DNA from: Candidatus Eiseniibacteriota bacterium
GTDB taxonomy: Bacteria; Eisenbacteria; RBG-16-71-46; CAZAMP01
NCBI GenBank assembly: GCA_965224245.1
Contig: OZ245046.1
Coordinates: 160,001-224,000, forward strand
Length of the DNA: 64,000 bases
Direction: 5' to 3'
Shown here: piece after piece, positions 10,344-19,769 of the stretch
Position numbering within the stretch: position 1 is the first letter of the stretch
How the letters are laid out: the number at the start of each line of letters is the position of its first letter
Notes under the pieces: generated by a model
Told to the model about the DNA's origin: nothing
The model's database searches: none
The model's input: the letters and a program-made list of their open reading frames with translations, nothing else
Position numbers and translations under genes: made by a program

Positions 10344-13300
10344 ATGGGTACCCGCGCCTGCCTGGCGCTGGTGTGGGTCGCGCCGGCCGTCCTCTGCCAC
10401 GAGGCGCGCGCCGCCGATCCCGAGATCGGCGTGCTTCAAGCTCACCGCTTCATGCGGCCCCTCGGCGACCAGAGCTGGATCGTGTCGATCAGGGAGTGGC
10501 TGACCGATCACTGGCCGCAGCTCGGCGTGACGACGCTCGAGATTCCCACGGACGGGGGCGTGTTCGCGTACGTGGGGCCGGACGAACCATGCAGCACGGA
10601 GTGCGGCGGCCGATGGCCGGACGGAGGCTCCGGAATCGTGCTCTCGGCGGGCACCCACGGAGGTCCATACGGTCCCCTGACGTCGTTCATCGGCATCGAC
10701 GACTTCGACGTGCTGCTCGTCCCACCGGCTCTCGCCAACCCCCTGCACGCACGCATCGCACCGGACTGCCCCGACGCCCGGGCGGCGGTCGCCGGGTCAC
10801 CGGAGTGTCCGTGTCATCTGTCCTACGACGACATGCTCGAGTACGTCGAGCGGTATCTCCTCGCCCTTCACCGGTGGTGTCGATCCGATCCCGCCAACGA
10901 CGCCTGGAGTCGCGTTCGCGGGCTGCGCTTCAACATGGAGTACAATCCGATCCCGAAGCGCGTCTACGCGATGGACGACAGTGGCCGCGACCCACAGCCG
11001 AGGCATGGGATACCAGCCGTCTGTGACGCGACCATCGATCGATGGAACGCGCGCACGGGTCTCCAGGCCGGTGCCCCCGAGGGAACGCTCGAGGCGTTTC
11101 TCCGGGACGCGGTCTACGACTTTCCCGAGCTCGTTCGAACCGTCGATGGCGCTCCGCGAGGAATCGCCGAATGGGCGGCCGACGACCCGTCGATCGCCTG
11201 GCGCTCGGTCGCGCAGATCTTCACGCTCGGTGAGGACGACGCGATCTCGCGCATCGACGTCCGTGCCCTTCGGCTCGGCGACGGACGCGCGCAGAACAAC
11301 CCGTGGTACTGGCTCTCGGCGGTCGACGACGCCGGCGAGCCGATCCTCTCCGACCGAACCGGCCCCCGGGTCATTCGCCGCTCCTGGCTGCCGGACCGCA
11401 CGCGCGAGACCGAGTGGGTCCCGCTCTACTTCGATCCTCTCGAGGTGTCGGCACGCTTCGATCCCGGTGAGCGCGTGGCGCTCGTGCTCTGCGGGAGCAA
11501 GACGTTCCGGTCGGAGCCCGAGTACGGCGCCGTGGTGCTCGACGCGAGCACGGTTCCGGAGGGAGACGCATACGCCCTCGACACGCCGCACGGCGCGGCG
11601 CCGCTCACGCACGCCGGGGTCCGATCTCTCGACGCCGACCTGGCGTTTCGGGTCTGGCGGTCCCGCGATCCGTCGTCGCGCGCGCACGAGAAGTTCGTGG
11701 CGTATCAGCTGGACAACATGGGGCGGATCTTCGCCGACATTCGCGACCGGCTCGACCGGCACGAGGAGCTCGCGCACCTCGAGATCGTCCCGTTCTGTCA
11801 CATGCCCGACGATCGCATCTTCGGCGTCGAGCGCCGCGAGTACTACGGATTCGACTTCACTCACCCCGACGTGTGGCCGACGATCTCATACATCTATACC
11901 TGGACGGCCGCGCAGACACTCGGGAAGATCCGGGATGCGGGACGGATCCACTCCGCGGGTCAGTCCACGTCCTACGGCCTCGTGCGACGGCACCGTGACG
12001 CCTTCGACGCGGTTCGCCTCGGGTTCGTCGCGGGCGGACTCAACGTCTGGCAGGACACCTACGCCCCATCGGGTCCGCGAGCCAACGAGGCGTGGCGCGA
12101 CTCGACGATGGCCTTTCTCGCCGGCGTGTTCGATCCGATTCGTGAGTTCGCGGATCACTATCGCTACGTCGACTCCGGCCGAGGCTTCCCGGACAGCACC
12201 CGGATACCCGGGTCACGGTTCGATGCCGAGGCATGGTCGCTTCGAATCCCGGCGTCGGACTCACCCACGGGACGACCGCTCGGCCACGTGCTTCTGACGA
12301 GTCAGAGACTGACCGGAGGCGGCGCCGGACAGGTACGCATCCGGGACGCGGTGCCCGACGCGTGGTGGGGTGCATTCTCTCGTCGGCGCCTGGTCACCGA
12401 CAGTCTGGTCGTGCTGGAGGCGGCGCGGCGGGACGTCGAGTCGGAGCCCGCCCGCATGGACCTCTCGGTCTGCTCCGAGATCCAGATTCCCACGGTGCAG
12501 CTCGAGGGCTGGTATCAGCGCGGCAGCACCGTCGCGATCCGGCATCAGCCGACGCATCGGCAGCCGGGCCAGCTGTTGACGACCGTCGAAAGCGCGTACT
12601 GCGCCGGCGATGCCATCGACGTCACCTGGACGCCGGTGCCCGAGGTCTGCCGGGAGGCGTACGAGCTCGGCGAGCTGCGTACCCGTCTGAGCCTCCACAG
12701 ACGGCTCCCTGGCGGTTCGGCCCCCCTCGTCGCGGAACGCACGCTCCCCGCTTCGGCGGCGCACGCCACGATGCCCCTCTGCGAGAGAGCCGACGTCGAA
12801 GCGTGCTTCGACCACCTGGCGGTCTTCGAGTTCGAGATCCGGGTTCGACACGAAGCGCGCGTCGATGACCGCTGGGAATCGCTCACCGACGAGCGCACGG
12901 GTCCGTTCAGGGTCGCTCCTCGCGGCGGCGTGCCGTGTCCTCCTCCCGGTGGCGGACCGATGGAGGTCGTGGTCGAGCACGCCGACGGCGGGTTCGGTGT
13001 CGCGGGCGTGCTCCTCGCATCGATGGGGGACGGGCAGCCCGGTTGGAGCGCGGTCACCATCCCACCGGAGGTCACCTCGATCGCGATCCGCGCAAACGAA
13101 CGCGTGTGGATCGACTACGTCGGCTTCGGTCGTGACGAGAGCGATCGGCCCGGCACGGCGGCGTCCATCACCGGCGTGGTGGGGTTCGAGCTTCCTTCCT
13201 TCGCACTGGAGCGTGCCCACGATGAAGGCACGATCGTCCCCGTGGGGGCGATCCTCTATGTCGACATGCCGTCGAGCGGTGAGGAGCGTGCGCTGCTCGT

Positions 13301-13610
13301 CCATGCGCGGCGCGGATCCCACCTGCCCGGCGCCGACACGATCCGCGTGCGAGGGCTTCCGGGACAGCCGTCCATGTCGATCGAGTACACGATCGCCACC
13401 GGGGCGCACACCTCGGTGGCGGTGTTCGACGTGACGGGACGACGCGTGCGATCGCTCGTCGACGAGCATCGCCTCGCGGGGACCCACCGATTGACCTGGG
13501 ATCGACGAGATGACCGGGGGCGAGCGGTGGCGGCGGGGGTCTACTTGCTGCGGCTTCGACTGGCTCGGCGCCGCACGGTCGAGGCGACGTCGGTCGTCGT
13601 GGTTCGCTGA
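10344..13610 (+). CDS. Large secreted protein of unknown function with C-terminal FlgD-Ig/T9SS-like domain
   Basis: Signal peptide ending EARA-AD; about 1090 aa; VFDVTGRRVRSLV..WDRRDDRGRAVAAGVYLLRL C-terminus. Confidence 0.8.
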   Translation: MGTRACLALVWVAPAVLCHEARAADPEIGVLQAHRFMRPLGDQSWIVSIREWLTDHWPQLGVTTLEIPTDGGVFAYVGPDEPCSTECGGRWPDGGSGIVLSAGTHGGPYGPLTSFIGIDDFDVLLVPPALANPLHARIAPDCPDARAAVAGSPECPCHLSYDDMLEYVERYLLALHRWCRSDPANDAWSRVRGLRFNMEYNPIPKRVYAMDDSGRDPQPRHGIPAVCDATIDRWNARTGLQAGAPEGTLEAFLRDAVYDFPELVRTVDGAPRGIAEWAADDPSIAWRSVAQIFTLGEDDAISRIDVRALRLGDGRAQNNPWYWLSAVDDAGEPILSDRTGPRVIRRSWLPDRTRETEWVPLYFDPLEVSARFDPGERVALVLCGSKTFRSEPEYGAVVLDASTVPEGDAYALDTPHGAAPLTHAGVRSLDADLAFRVWRSRDPSSRAHEKFVAYQLDNMGRIFADIRDRLDRHEELAHLEIVPFCHMPDDRIFGVERREYYGFDFTHPDVWPTISYIYTWTAAQTLGKIRDAGRIHSAGQSTSYGLVRRHRDAFDAVRLGFVAGGLNVWQDTYAPSGPRANEAWRDSTMAFLAGVFDPIREFADHYRYVDSGRGFPDSTRIPGSRFDAEAWSLRIPASDSPTGRPLGHVLLTSQRLTGGGAGQVRIRDAVPDAWWGAFSRRRLVTDSLVVLEAARRDVESEPARMDLSVCSEIQIPTVQLEGWYQRGSTVAIRHQPTHRQPGQLLTTVESAYCAGDAIDVTWTPVPEVCREAYELGELRTRLSLHRRLPGGSAPLVAERTLPASAAHATMPLCERADVEACFDHLAVFEFEIRVRHEARVDDRWESLTDERTGPFRVAPRGGVPCPPPGGGPMEVVVEHADGGFGVAGVLLASMGDGQPGWSAVTIPPEVTSIAIRANERVWIDYVGFGRDESDRPGTAASITGVVGFELPSFALERAHDEGTIVPVGAILYVDMPSSGEERALLVHARRGSHLPGADTIRVRGLPGQPSMSIEYTIATGAHTSVAVFDVTGRRVRSLVDEHRLAGTHRLTWDRRDDRGRAVAAGVYLLRLRLARRRTVEATSVVVVR

Positions 13611-15262
13611 TGCCACCGGGGACGCCGACGCGATGGCTCTCCAGTGCGATCGCGGTGATCGCGGTCACGACGGTGGCGGCCATGTTGCGATTCGTGCCCG
13701 TCGTGAGCGAGTCGTTCCAGTACGACGCGATCTCGCTCCAGCTGGCTGCACGAGAGGGGTTCACGGCCAACGCCTGGGATCAGGCCGACGCCTACGCGCT
13801 GCGGCGCAAGCATCCGCCGCTGGTGGCCTACGCGGTCCTGATCAACAACGCGATCGCCGGAGACGATCCGTATCGCGCCCGGTGGTTCTCGATCCTGTCC
13901 GGGGTGGCGACGTGCGTACTGGTCTCGATCGCGGCGACCAGGCTCTCCAGGGCGGGTCCCGGGATCGCCGCGATCGGAGCAGGTCTCGCCGTCGCCCTGC
14001 TTCCAGTCCATCTGTATGTCAGCCGCAGCTCGAACTGGGACGCGGTCTACGGGATGTTCGCCGTGATCGCGCTCTGGGGGCTCGCCGAGCACCAGCGTCA
14101 CGGAGCGCGACGGTCGCTGGATGTCGCCTGGGTGGCGGCGGCGCTCGCCTTCGCGACCTCGGAGCTCGCCGTCGCTCTGGGGCCGGCCTTCGCCATCGCA
14201 TTCATCGCCACACGCGGCTGGAGACGCGCGCGGCACTGGATGCGAGCCGTCGGGCTGAGCCTCGGCGCTCTGGTCGTCCTCTGGCCCGCCGGGATCCTTC
14301 GCCTCGACATCGTGCGGACGCTGCTCTTTCGCCTCGACGACTCCGCCCACCGGGCCCGCAACGCTCCCTGGACGGAGTTCTACGTCGAGCTCTGGGAGCA
14401 GTCACCCGCCTTCGCGGTGCTGAGCGCGGTCGGTGTGGCCGGTGGTCTCTACGCACTCGTCCGCCGGCGATCACCCGCTCGGTGGGTGGCGCCGTTCTGG
14501 GTGTATGCGCTCACCGTCGCCGTGCTCAGCCTGCGACAACGCCTGGTGTTCCTTCACCATCTCGCGGACCTGTTCCCTGCGCTCGCGGTCGCGTCGGTCG
14601 TGACGTGGACCTCGATGGTCGGGGGCATCCGGGGCGGCCGGCTCGCGGTCGCCGCCGTGCTGACCGGGTTGCTGGCGTGGCTGGCCACCTCGGCCAGATC
14701 CTCCGATCCCGACGTCGTGGGGCCCCAGGAGCACCCGGGGCACATCGGCGTCGCCGCGTTTCTCGATCAGTACCCGCACGCTCGCGTGTATCACTACCAC
14801 GTGATCGCGATGACGCTGTACGCGAGTCCCGAAGCCGAGCTGCACGTGGAGGGAGAGGCGCCACGGCGCTGGACACGCGAGCGGGTATCGGAGCTCGTCG
14901 AACGCCGGGATCTCGACTTCGTGGTGGCGGACTGGTCGATGTTCTCGGACGAGTTCCCGTCGATCGGCCGGCTCGAGTCGGTGCTCTCGCCCCGGTATCG
15001 GCTCGCACACGTCGTCGAGCATCGGCGAACCGGAGAGCCCGTGGCGTGGGTCTTCCGCAATCCCGATGCGTCACTCGGTGGACATCAGGTCGGCGAGAAG
15101 ACGATGTGGCTCGGCCTCGACTCCCTCGTTCCAGGCGCGCCTGAAGGCGTCGGACGGCAGCGCACGGCGCGTCTCCGCTTTCCAGATCTCGACCAGACCG
15201 GCGGAACGTCCGAGCAGCGGTCCATCGCCTCGCTCCACCGCACGATGCGCGGCGCCGAGTAA
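13610..15262 (+). CDS. GT-C fold glycosyltransferase (ArnT/PMT, GT39-like)
   Basis: Polytopic membrane protein; QYDA, KHPPL motif, PVHLYVSR..WD; TGATG coupling to the upstream gene. Confidence 0.75.
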   Translation: MPPGTPTRWLSSAIAVIAVTTVAAMLRFVPVVSESFQYDAISLQLAAREGFTANAWDQADAYALRRKHPPLVAYAVLINNAIAGDDPYRARWFSILSGVATCVLVSIAATRLSRAGPGIAAIGAGLAVALLPVHLYVSRSSNWDAVYGMFAVIALWGLAEHQRHGARRSLDVAWVAAALAFATSELAVALGPAFAIAFIATRGWRRARHWMRAVGLSLGALVVLWPAGILRLDIVRTLLFRLDDSAHRARNAPWTEFYVELWEQSPAFAVLSAVGVAGGLYALVRRRSPARWVAPFWVYALTVAVLSLRQRLVFLHHLADLFPALAVASVVTWTSMVGGIRGGRLAVAAVLTGLLAWLATSARSSDPDVVGPQEHPGHIGVAAFLDQYPHARVYHYHVIAMTLYASPEAELHVEGEAPRRWTRERVSELVERRDLDFVVADWSMFSDEFPSIGRLESVLSPRYRLAHVVEHRRTGEPVAWVFRNPDASLGGHQVGEKTMWLGLDSLVPGAPEGVGRQRTARLRFPDLDQTGGTSEQRSIASLHRTMRGAE

Positions 15263-18200
15263 CCGTGCGGCCCCGGTCGCGTCGCCGAGACCGAGCCGGG
15301 CCCGGGCCGCCGTCGCGAGGTCCATTGCGGCGCGCCCCCCGGAGGCCGCCTTTCTCGCCCCGACGGCCTCGCTGGCATGGTCCCATGCCTCACGGAAGCG
15401 GCGTTCCACGAGTGCGAGCTCGGCCAGCGCCGTCAGCGCATCCGCCAGTCCGGCGGCCAGTCGCGTCCGGCGGGCCACCTCCAGGCTTCGCTCGAGCCGG
15501 ACGCGGGCCGCACCGGCGTCCGTGGCCGTGAGCGCCTGACCCGCGACCAGATCCGCGCTCGCCTGCCCGAACCGGGCGCCGATCCGGCCGGCGATCTCGT
15601 CGGCCTCGTTCGCCAGTCGCACCGCCTCCTCGAGGTCGTTCTCCTCCAGAGCAATCGTCGCCAGCTCGATGATCGTGGATACGCCCTCCGCCGACACCGG
15701 CCCCATCTGGCGCATCGCACCGAGCGCCTTGGTGAGGTCCGCCCTCGCCCCCTCGACGTCACCCAGACGCCGCTTCACGGCTCCGAGTGCCGCGCTGATG
15801 TTGGCGATTCGTGGGGCGTCCCCGATGGTCTCGTGCAACCCCAGGCATCGCGTCAGATCGGCGGCGGCATCCCGGTCCTTTCCGAGCTCGCCGGATATCT
15901 GGCTGCGATCGAGCAGCGCGACGGCGAGGCGCCGCATGCCGATCACCCGTTCCTCAACGTTCGACGCGTTTTCGCATCGGTGGTCCCAGTGGTCGACCCG
16001 CTGGTTCGCCTTGACCAGCGCGTCCTCGTAGCGGCCCTCGAAGCGGGCGAGGTTCGTGAGACCGGTGTCACAGATCTGGACCACCTCGTCGTCGCCGACG
16101 TGATCACCCACGGCCCGCCCGGCCTCCAGACACGTCGTCGCCGTCTCGACGTCACCCTGCAATCGCGCGATGTGCCCGGTGGCGCAGAGCATGTACCCAT
16201 GATGTCGGGTGTTCGTCTCCTGCAGGCGCTCGATGTCGGCCAGCAGACCCTCACAGACCTGACGGCCCTGCTGCCAGCGCGAGGCAACCGACCAGTACCG
16301 CAGGAGCGATCGGGCCAGGGCCGCCGCTTCGGAGATGGGGACCGAGCGCCGGTACTCGCGTGAGAGCGCGGCCATGAAGTTCTCGTCATCCACCTCGAGA
16401 CGCTTCACCCACATGCGCGCGGTCCTGTCCTCTCGCGAAACGTCCGGGAGACCCTCGAAGTACCTGAAGTGCCGGCGGCGGAACTCGGTCTGCTCTCCGG
16501 CCGCCTCGAGACGGGCGTCCGCGAACTCGCGTACGGTGAGGAGCATGTCGTATCGCGACTGCTCGACACCATCGACGAGTACGGTACGACGAACGATGAG
16601 CGACTTCGAAACCAGCGCCTGGGTCAGCGCGCGTATCTGCCACTCTCCGACGGCCGCGCCGGCGTCGTCGGATCTGGACCCGGCGCGAGAGGACCGGTCG
16701 TTCTCCGGTGAGCGCTCCGCCACTGCATTGCTGCAAACGGCCTGGGCGGCGGTCAGAGACCAGCCACCGCGGAACACGGAGAGCCGCCGGAGCAGCACAC
16801 GTTCGGCGGGGGGGAGCTGGTCGTGACTCCAGGCGAGAACCGCCTCCAGGCTGCGATGGCGATCCGGTCCGCCCGGAACGGGACGGGCCGCCTCCAGTCG
16901 ATGTCCGAGATCCTGGAGCAGCTCGGCAGGAGTCGACAGCTCGAGATGCGTGGCGACCAGCTCGATGGCCAGCGGGAGGCCGTCCACACGACGGCAGATC
17001 TCCGCCACCGCGTCGACGTTGTGCTCGGTGAGGCGGAAGTCCGGGTCCATCGTCGCGCCGCGATCGGCGAAGAGAAGTGTCGACGGATGCCGTGCCGCCG
17101 TGCCGAGATCCGCGTCCGGTGGTGGGACCGGCAGAGGCTCCAGGGGAACGATCTGGCCGCCGGCGATCGGCAGCTGCTCCCGACTGGTCACGATCATGCA
17201 CAGCGACGGGAGCCGTGCCGTCAGCTCCGATACCAGAATTGCACACGCATCCGCCGCCTGCTCGCAGTTGTCGAGAACGACGAGCACCGGCTTTCCCCCG
17301 AGTGCGTCTGCGATCGTGTCCACCGCGGATCCACCGGGTTCGGCGCGAAGACCCAGCGTCAGCAGGATCTGGCTCTCGACCTGGTCCCGATCGAGTGACG
17401 CAGACAGATCCACGAACCACCGCCCGCCGGGGAACCGGGACGCGGACGCGTGTGCGACCTCGACCGCGAGACGCGTCTTGCCCGTTCCTCCCCAGCCGAC
17501 GATCACGACGCAGGCACGTTCGTCGAGGAACTGAAGCACCCGGTCGACGTCCTCGGCGCGGCCGAACAGGCGGGTGGGATAGCGCGGCAGCCTGTGCGTG
17601 CCATCGGAGACATCGCTGCCCAGTCGCTTGCGGAGCCGCTCGAGATCGCGCGCTTCCTGTATCTCCTCGATCTTCTCCCGGACGACGGTCATCGATGGGA
17701 TGCGCTCGCCGGATCTCGCCTTCAGGCAGCCATCGACGAGCTCGGTGAGCGGGGGCGGGAGCTCGCTCGCCCGGCCGGCGGGAAGACCATCGCAGCGTAG
17801 CGTGGCCTCCAGGCGGCGCTCGGTCGTGCCGGGCAGCAGGCGGGTACCCGTCGCCAGCTCGAAGAGGACACATCCGAACGACCAGACGTCCACGTGGGCA
17901 TCCGTGCGCTCGCCGCGGATCTGCTCGGGACTCATGTATCCGGGCGTGCCCCGCACCGGCGCCCCGGCATCGGAATCATCGTCGTCGTGTGTGACCAGAT
18001 GTGCCAGTCCGAAGTCGAGCACCTTGACCATCCCGGAGTCGGTCACGAGGATGTTCGAGGGCTTGAGATCCCGATGGACCACACCGCTGGCATGCGCCGC
18101 TTCCACGGCCGATGCGATCTGGTGGGCGATTCCGAGGACCTCGTCGGTCGTTCTGTCCGGCGCCGCATCGGCTCCGGCCGGCTTGCCCGGCACGCACTCC

Positions 18201-18694
18201 ATGGTGAGAAAGGTCGTGTCGCCGTCTTGCTCGAGCGAGTGGACGGTCGCGATGTTGGGATGGTTGAGGCGGGCGAGGAGGCGCGCCTCCTCGCCGAGGC
18301 GATCGGTGGCCGCCTCGTCGGCGGCGAATCGCGTCGGGATCACCTTGATGGCGACGTCCCGCTGGAGGGCCGGGTCGACGCCCAGATACACGACGCCCAT
18401 CCCGCCGGCTCCGAGCCGACCGAGGATCTCGTACTCGCCTATTCGCTGGGGGGGTGGCTCCTCATCCTGGGGAGAGGGTGCCACGATCTCTTGTGACAGG
18501 TCGGTCACCGACGCGTAGGAGAGCAGTCGCCGGGCCGCGGTGAGGATCTCCAGGTCATCCCCGCACGCGCGAACGAGGAAGCCATCCCGCTCGGCAGGGG
18601 TGTGGTCGAGCGCATCGGCCACGATGCGACGGAGCAGCACGAACCTCGGATCGTGGATGGGACACCTCCCAGGCCCCGGGGTGACGATGGCCAA
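15071..18694 (-). CDS. Ser/Thr kinase - STAND-type ATPase - TPR protein
   Basis: LGAGGMGVV, HRDLKPSN, DFG, SPE; Walker A GWGGTGKT, Walker B LVVLDNCE, DGLPLAIEL; C-terminal TPRs. Start uncertain (TTG 18694 or ATC 18658); the 19840 start in the ORF track is not credible. Confidence 0.85.
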   Translation of the reverse strand: MAIVTPGPGRCPIHDPRFVLLRRIVADALDHTPAERDGFLVRACGDDLEILTAARRLLSYASVTDLSQEIVAPSPQDEEPPPQRIGEYEILGRLGAGGMGVVYLGVDPALQRDVAIKVIPTRFAADEAATDRLGEEARLLARLNHPNIATVHSLEQDGDTTFLTMECVPGKPAGADAAPDRTTDEVLGIAHQIASAVEAAHASGVVHRDLKPSNILVTDSGMVKVLDFGLAHLVTHDDDDSDAGAPVRGTPGYMSPEQIRGERTDAHVDVWSFGCVLFELATGTRLLPGTTERRLEATLRCDGLPAGRASELPPPLTELVDGCLKARSGERIPSMTVVREKIEEIQEARDLERLRKRLGSDVSDGTHRLPRYPTRLFGRAEDVDRVLQFLDERACVVIVGWGGTGKTRLAVEVAHASASRFPGGRWFVDLSASLDRDQVESQILLTLGLRAEPGGSAVDTIADALGGKPVLVVLDNCEQAADACAILVSELTARLPSLCMIVTSREQLPIAGGQIVPLEPLPVPPPDADLGTAARHPSTLLFADRGATMDPDFRLTEHNVDAVAEICRRVDGLPLAIELVATHLELSTPAELLQDLGHRLEAARPVPGGPDRHRSLEAVLAWSHDQLPPAERVLLRRLSVFRGGWSLTAAQAVCSNAVAERSPENDRSSRAGSRSDDAGAAVGEWQIRALTQALVSKSLIVRRTVLVDGVEQSRYDMLLTVREFADARLEAAGEQTEFRRRHFRYFEGLPDVSREDRTARMWVKRLEVDDENFMAALSREYRRSVPISEAAALARSLLRYWSVASRWQQGRQVCEGLLADIERLQETNTRHHGYMLCATGHIARLQGDVETATTCLEAGRAVGDHVGDDEVVQICDTGLTNLARFEGRYEDALVKANQRVDHWDHRCENASNVEERVIGMRRLAVALLDRSQISGELGKDRDAAADLTRCLGLHETIGDAPRIANISAALGAVKRRLGDVEGARADLTKALGAMRQMGPVSAEGVSTIIELATIALEENDLEEAVRLANEADEIAGRIGARFGQASADLVAGQALTATDAGAARVRLERSLEVARRTRLAAGLADALTALAELALVERRFREAWDHASEAVGARKAASGGRAAMDLATAARARLGLGDATGAARLLGAAHRAVERGDGPLLGRSAGLVEIWKAETRRALPSDAFRRAWNEGVEAEPHRLLADLMSTE

Positions 18695-18807
18695 CTGGGA
18701 TCGCGGCGTGCGGCCGGTGGTCTGGACCCCAAAGTGTCCGAGAATTCGGTCCCGTTGGCAAATGCTAGTCTTCCGACCCAACCCACGGTGAGCGTCGATG
18801 AAGCCGC

Positions 18808-19713
18808 TCACGTTTCGCCGTGGGCTCGCCTCGCCAGCACGACGTTCAGCATCGGCGATCTCACGTCGACCGCCGTGGGCCGCCACTTCTCGTACGCCGC
18901 ATCGAGAACGCGCTTGCTCGTCTCGGCGTCCATCGTCGGCAGGATGTTTCGGCGGAAGATCGGGATGTCGTACCAGCCCTTGTCCGACTCCGGTGAGTGC
19001 CGGAACCAGAAGAGCTCCTGACGTACGACCTCCAGCGCACACGACTCCAGGCCCTCGACGAGCTCCACCATGTATCGACGGCGCCGCTCGGCACGTGTCT
19101 CGTCGAGCGTCTCGTCCGGGGTGAAGCCGAACTCGGCACGTGCGACCTCGATCATCACGTCCGGCAGGCTCGGGCTCTGCTTGCGGGACTCGATCAGGTC
19201 GTCCGGGCTCGGGATGGAGGGGTCGTACGTCGTCTCCACCGGCTGTCCGTTCTCGATCGCGAGCGTGGGAAACGTGTTGAACACGATACGGAGGTCGCCG
19301 GCGGCGATCTCGGAGAGCTGCCGCAGCGTCTCCCGTGGCTTCATCTGCCAGAAGGCTGCATTGCTGACCACGCGATGCACCGGCCCCTCCACCACGTCGG
19401 CCAGCTCCTCGGCGGGCGAGCACAGGTACTCGATGCTGGTCGACGGAGCATGCTCGCGCGCGATGGCGAGCTGAGCCTCCGATCCGTCGAGCGCGACGAT
19501 GCGGGCGGCATCGGCATGGGCACGATACAGCGCATCCACGGTGGCACCCGTCCCGCATCCGAGATCCAGTACCGTCATCCCGGGGTGGACGTCGCAGAGC
19601 GCGACGAGGCGATCGCTCATGTCCCGATACATGCGGTGCTCCTCGGTGTACGCGCGATAGAGCCGTGCGTTCTCGGGCGTGTCCCAGTCGACTATCTTGC
19701 GCTCGTCGCTCAC
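18808..19713 (-). CDS. Class I SAM-dependent methyltransferase
   Basis: VLDLGCGTG motif I, ALDGS..QL, VSNAAFW; GGAGG RBS. Confidence 0.85.
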   Translation of the reverse strand: MSDERKIVDWDTPENARLYRAYTEEHRMYRDMSDRLVALCDVHPGMTVLDLGCGTGATVDALYRAHADAARIVALDGSEAQLAIAREHAPSTSIEYLCSPAEELADVVEGPVHRVVSNAAFWQMKPRETLRQLSEIAAGDLRIVFNTFPTLAIENGQPVETTYDPSIPSPDDLIESRKQSPSLPDVMIEVARAEFGFTPDETLDETRAERRRRYMVELVEGLESCALEVVRQELFWFRHSPESDKGWYDIPIFRRNILPTMDAETSKRVLDAAYEKWRPTAVDVRSPMLNVVLARRAHGET

Positions 19714-19769
19714 GTCGCCTCCTTCGACGAAGGCCGCCGACAGGCGGCGGACTCACGCGGCTCCCCTCG

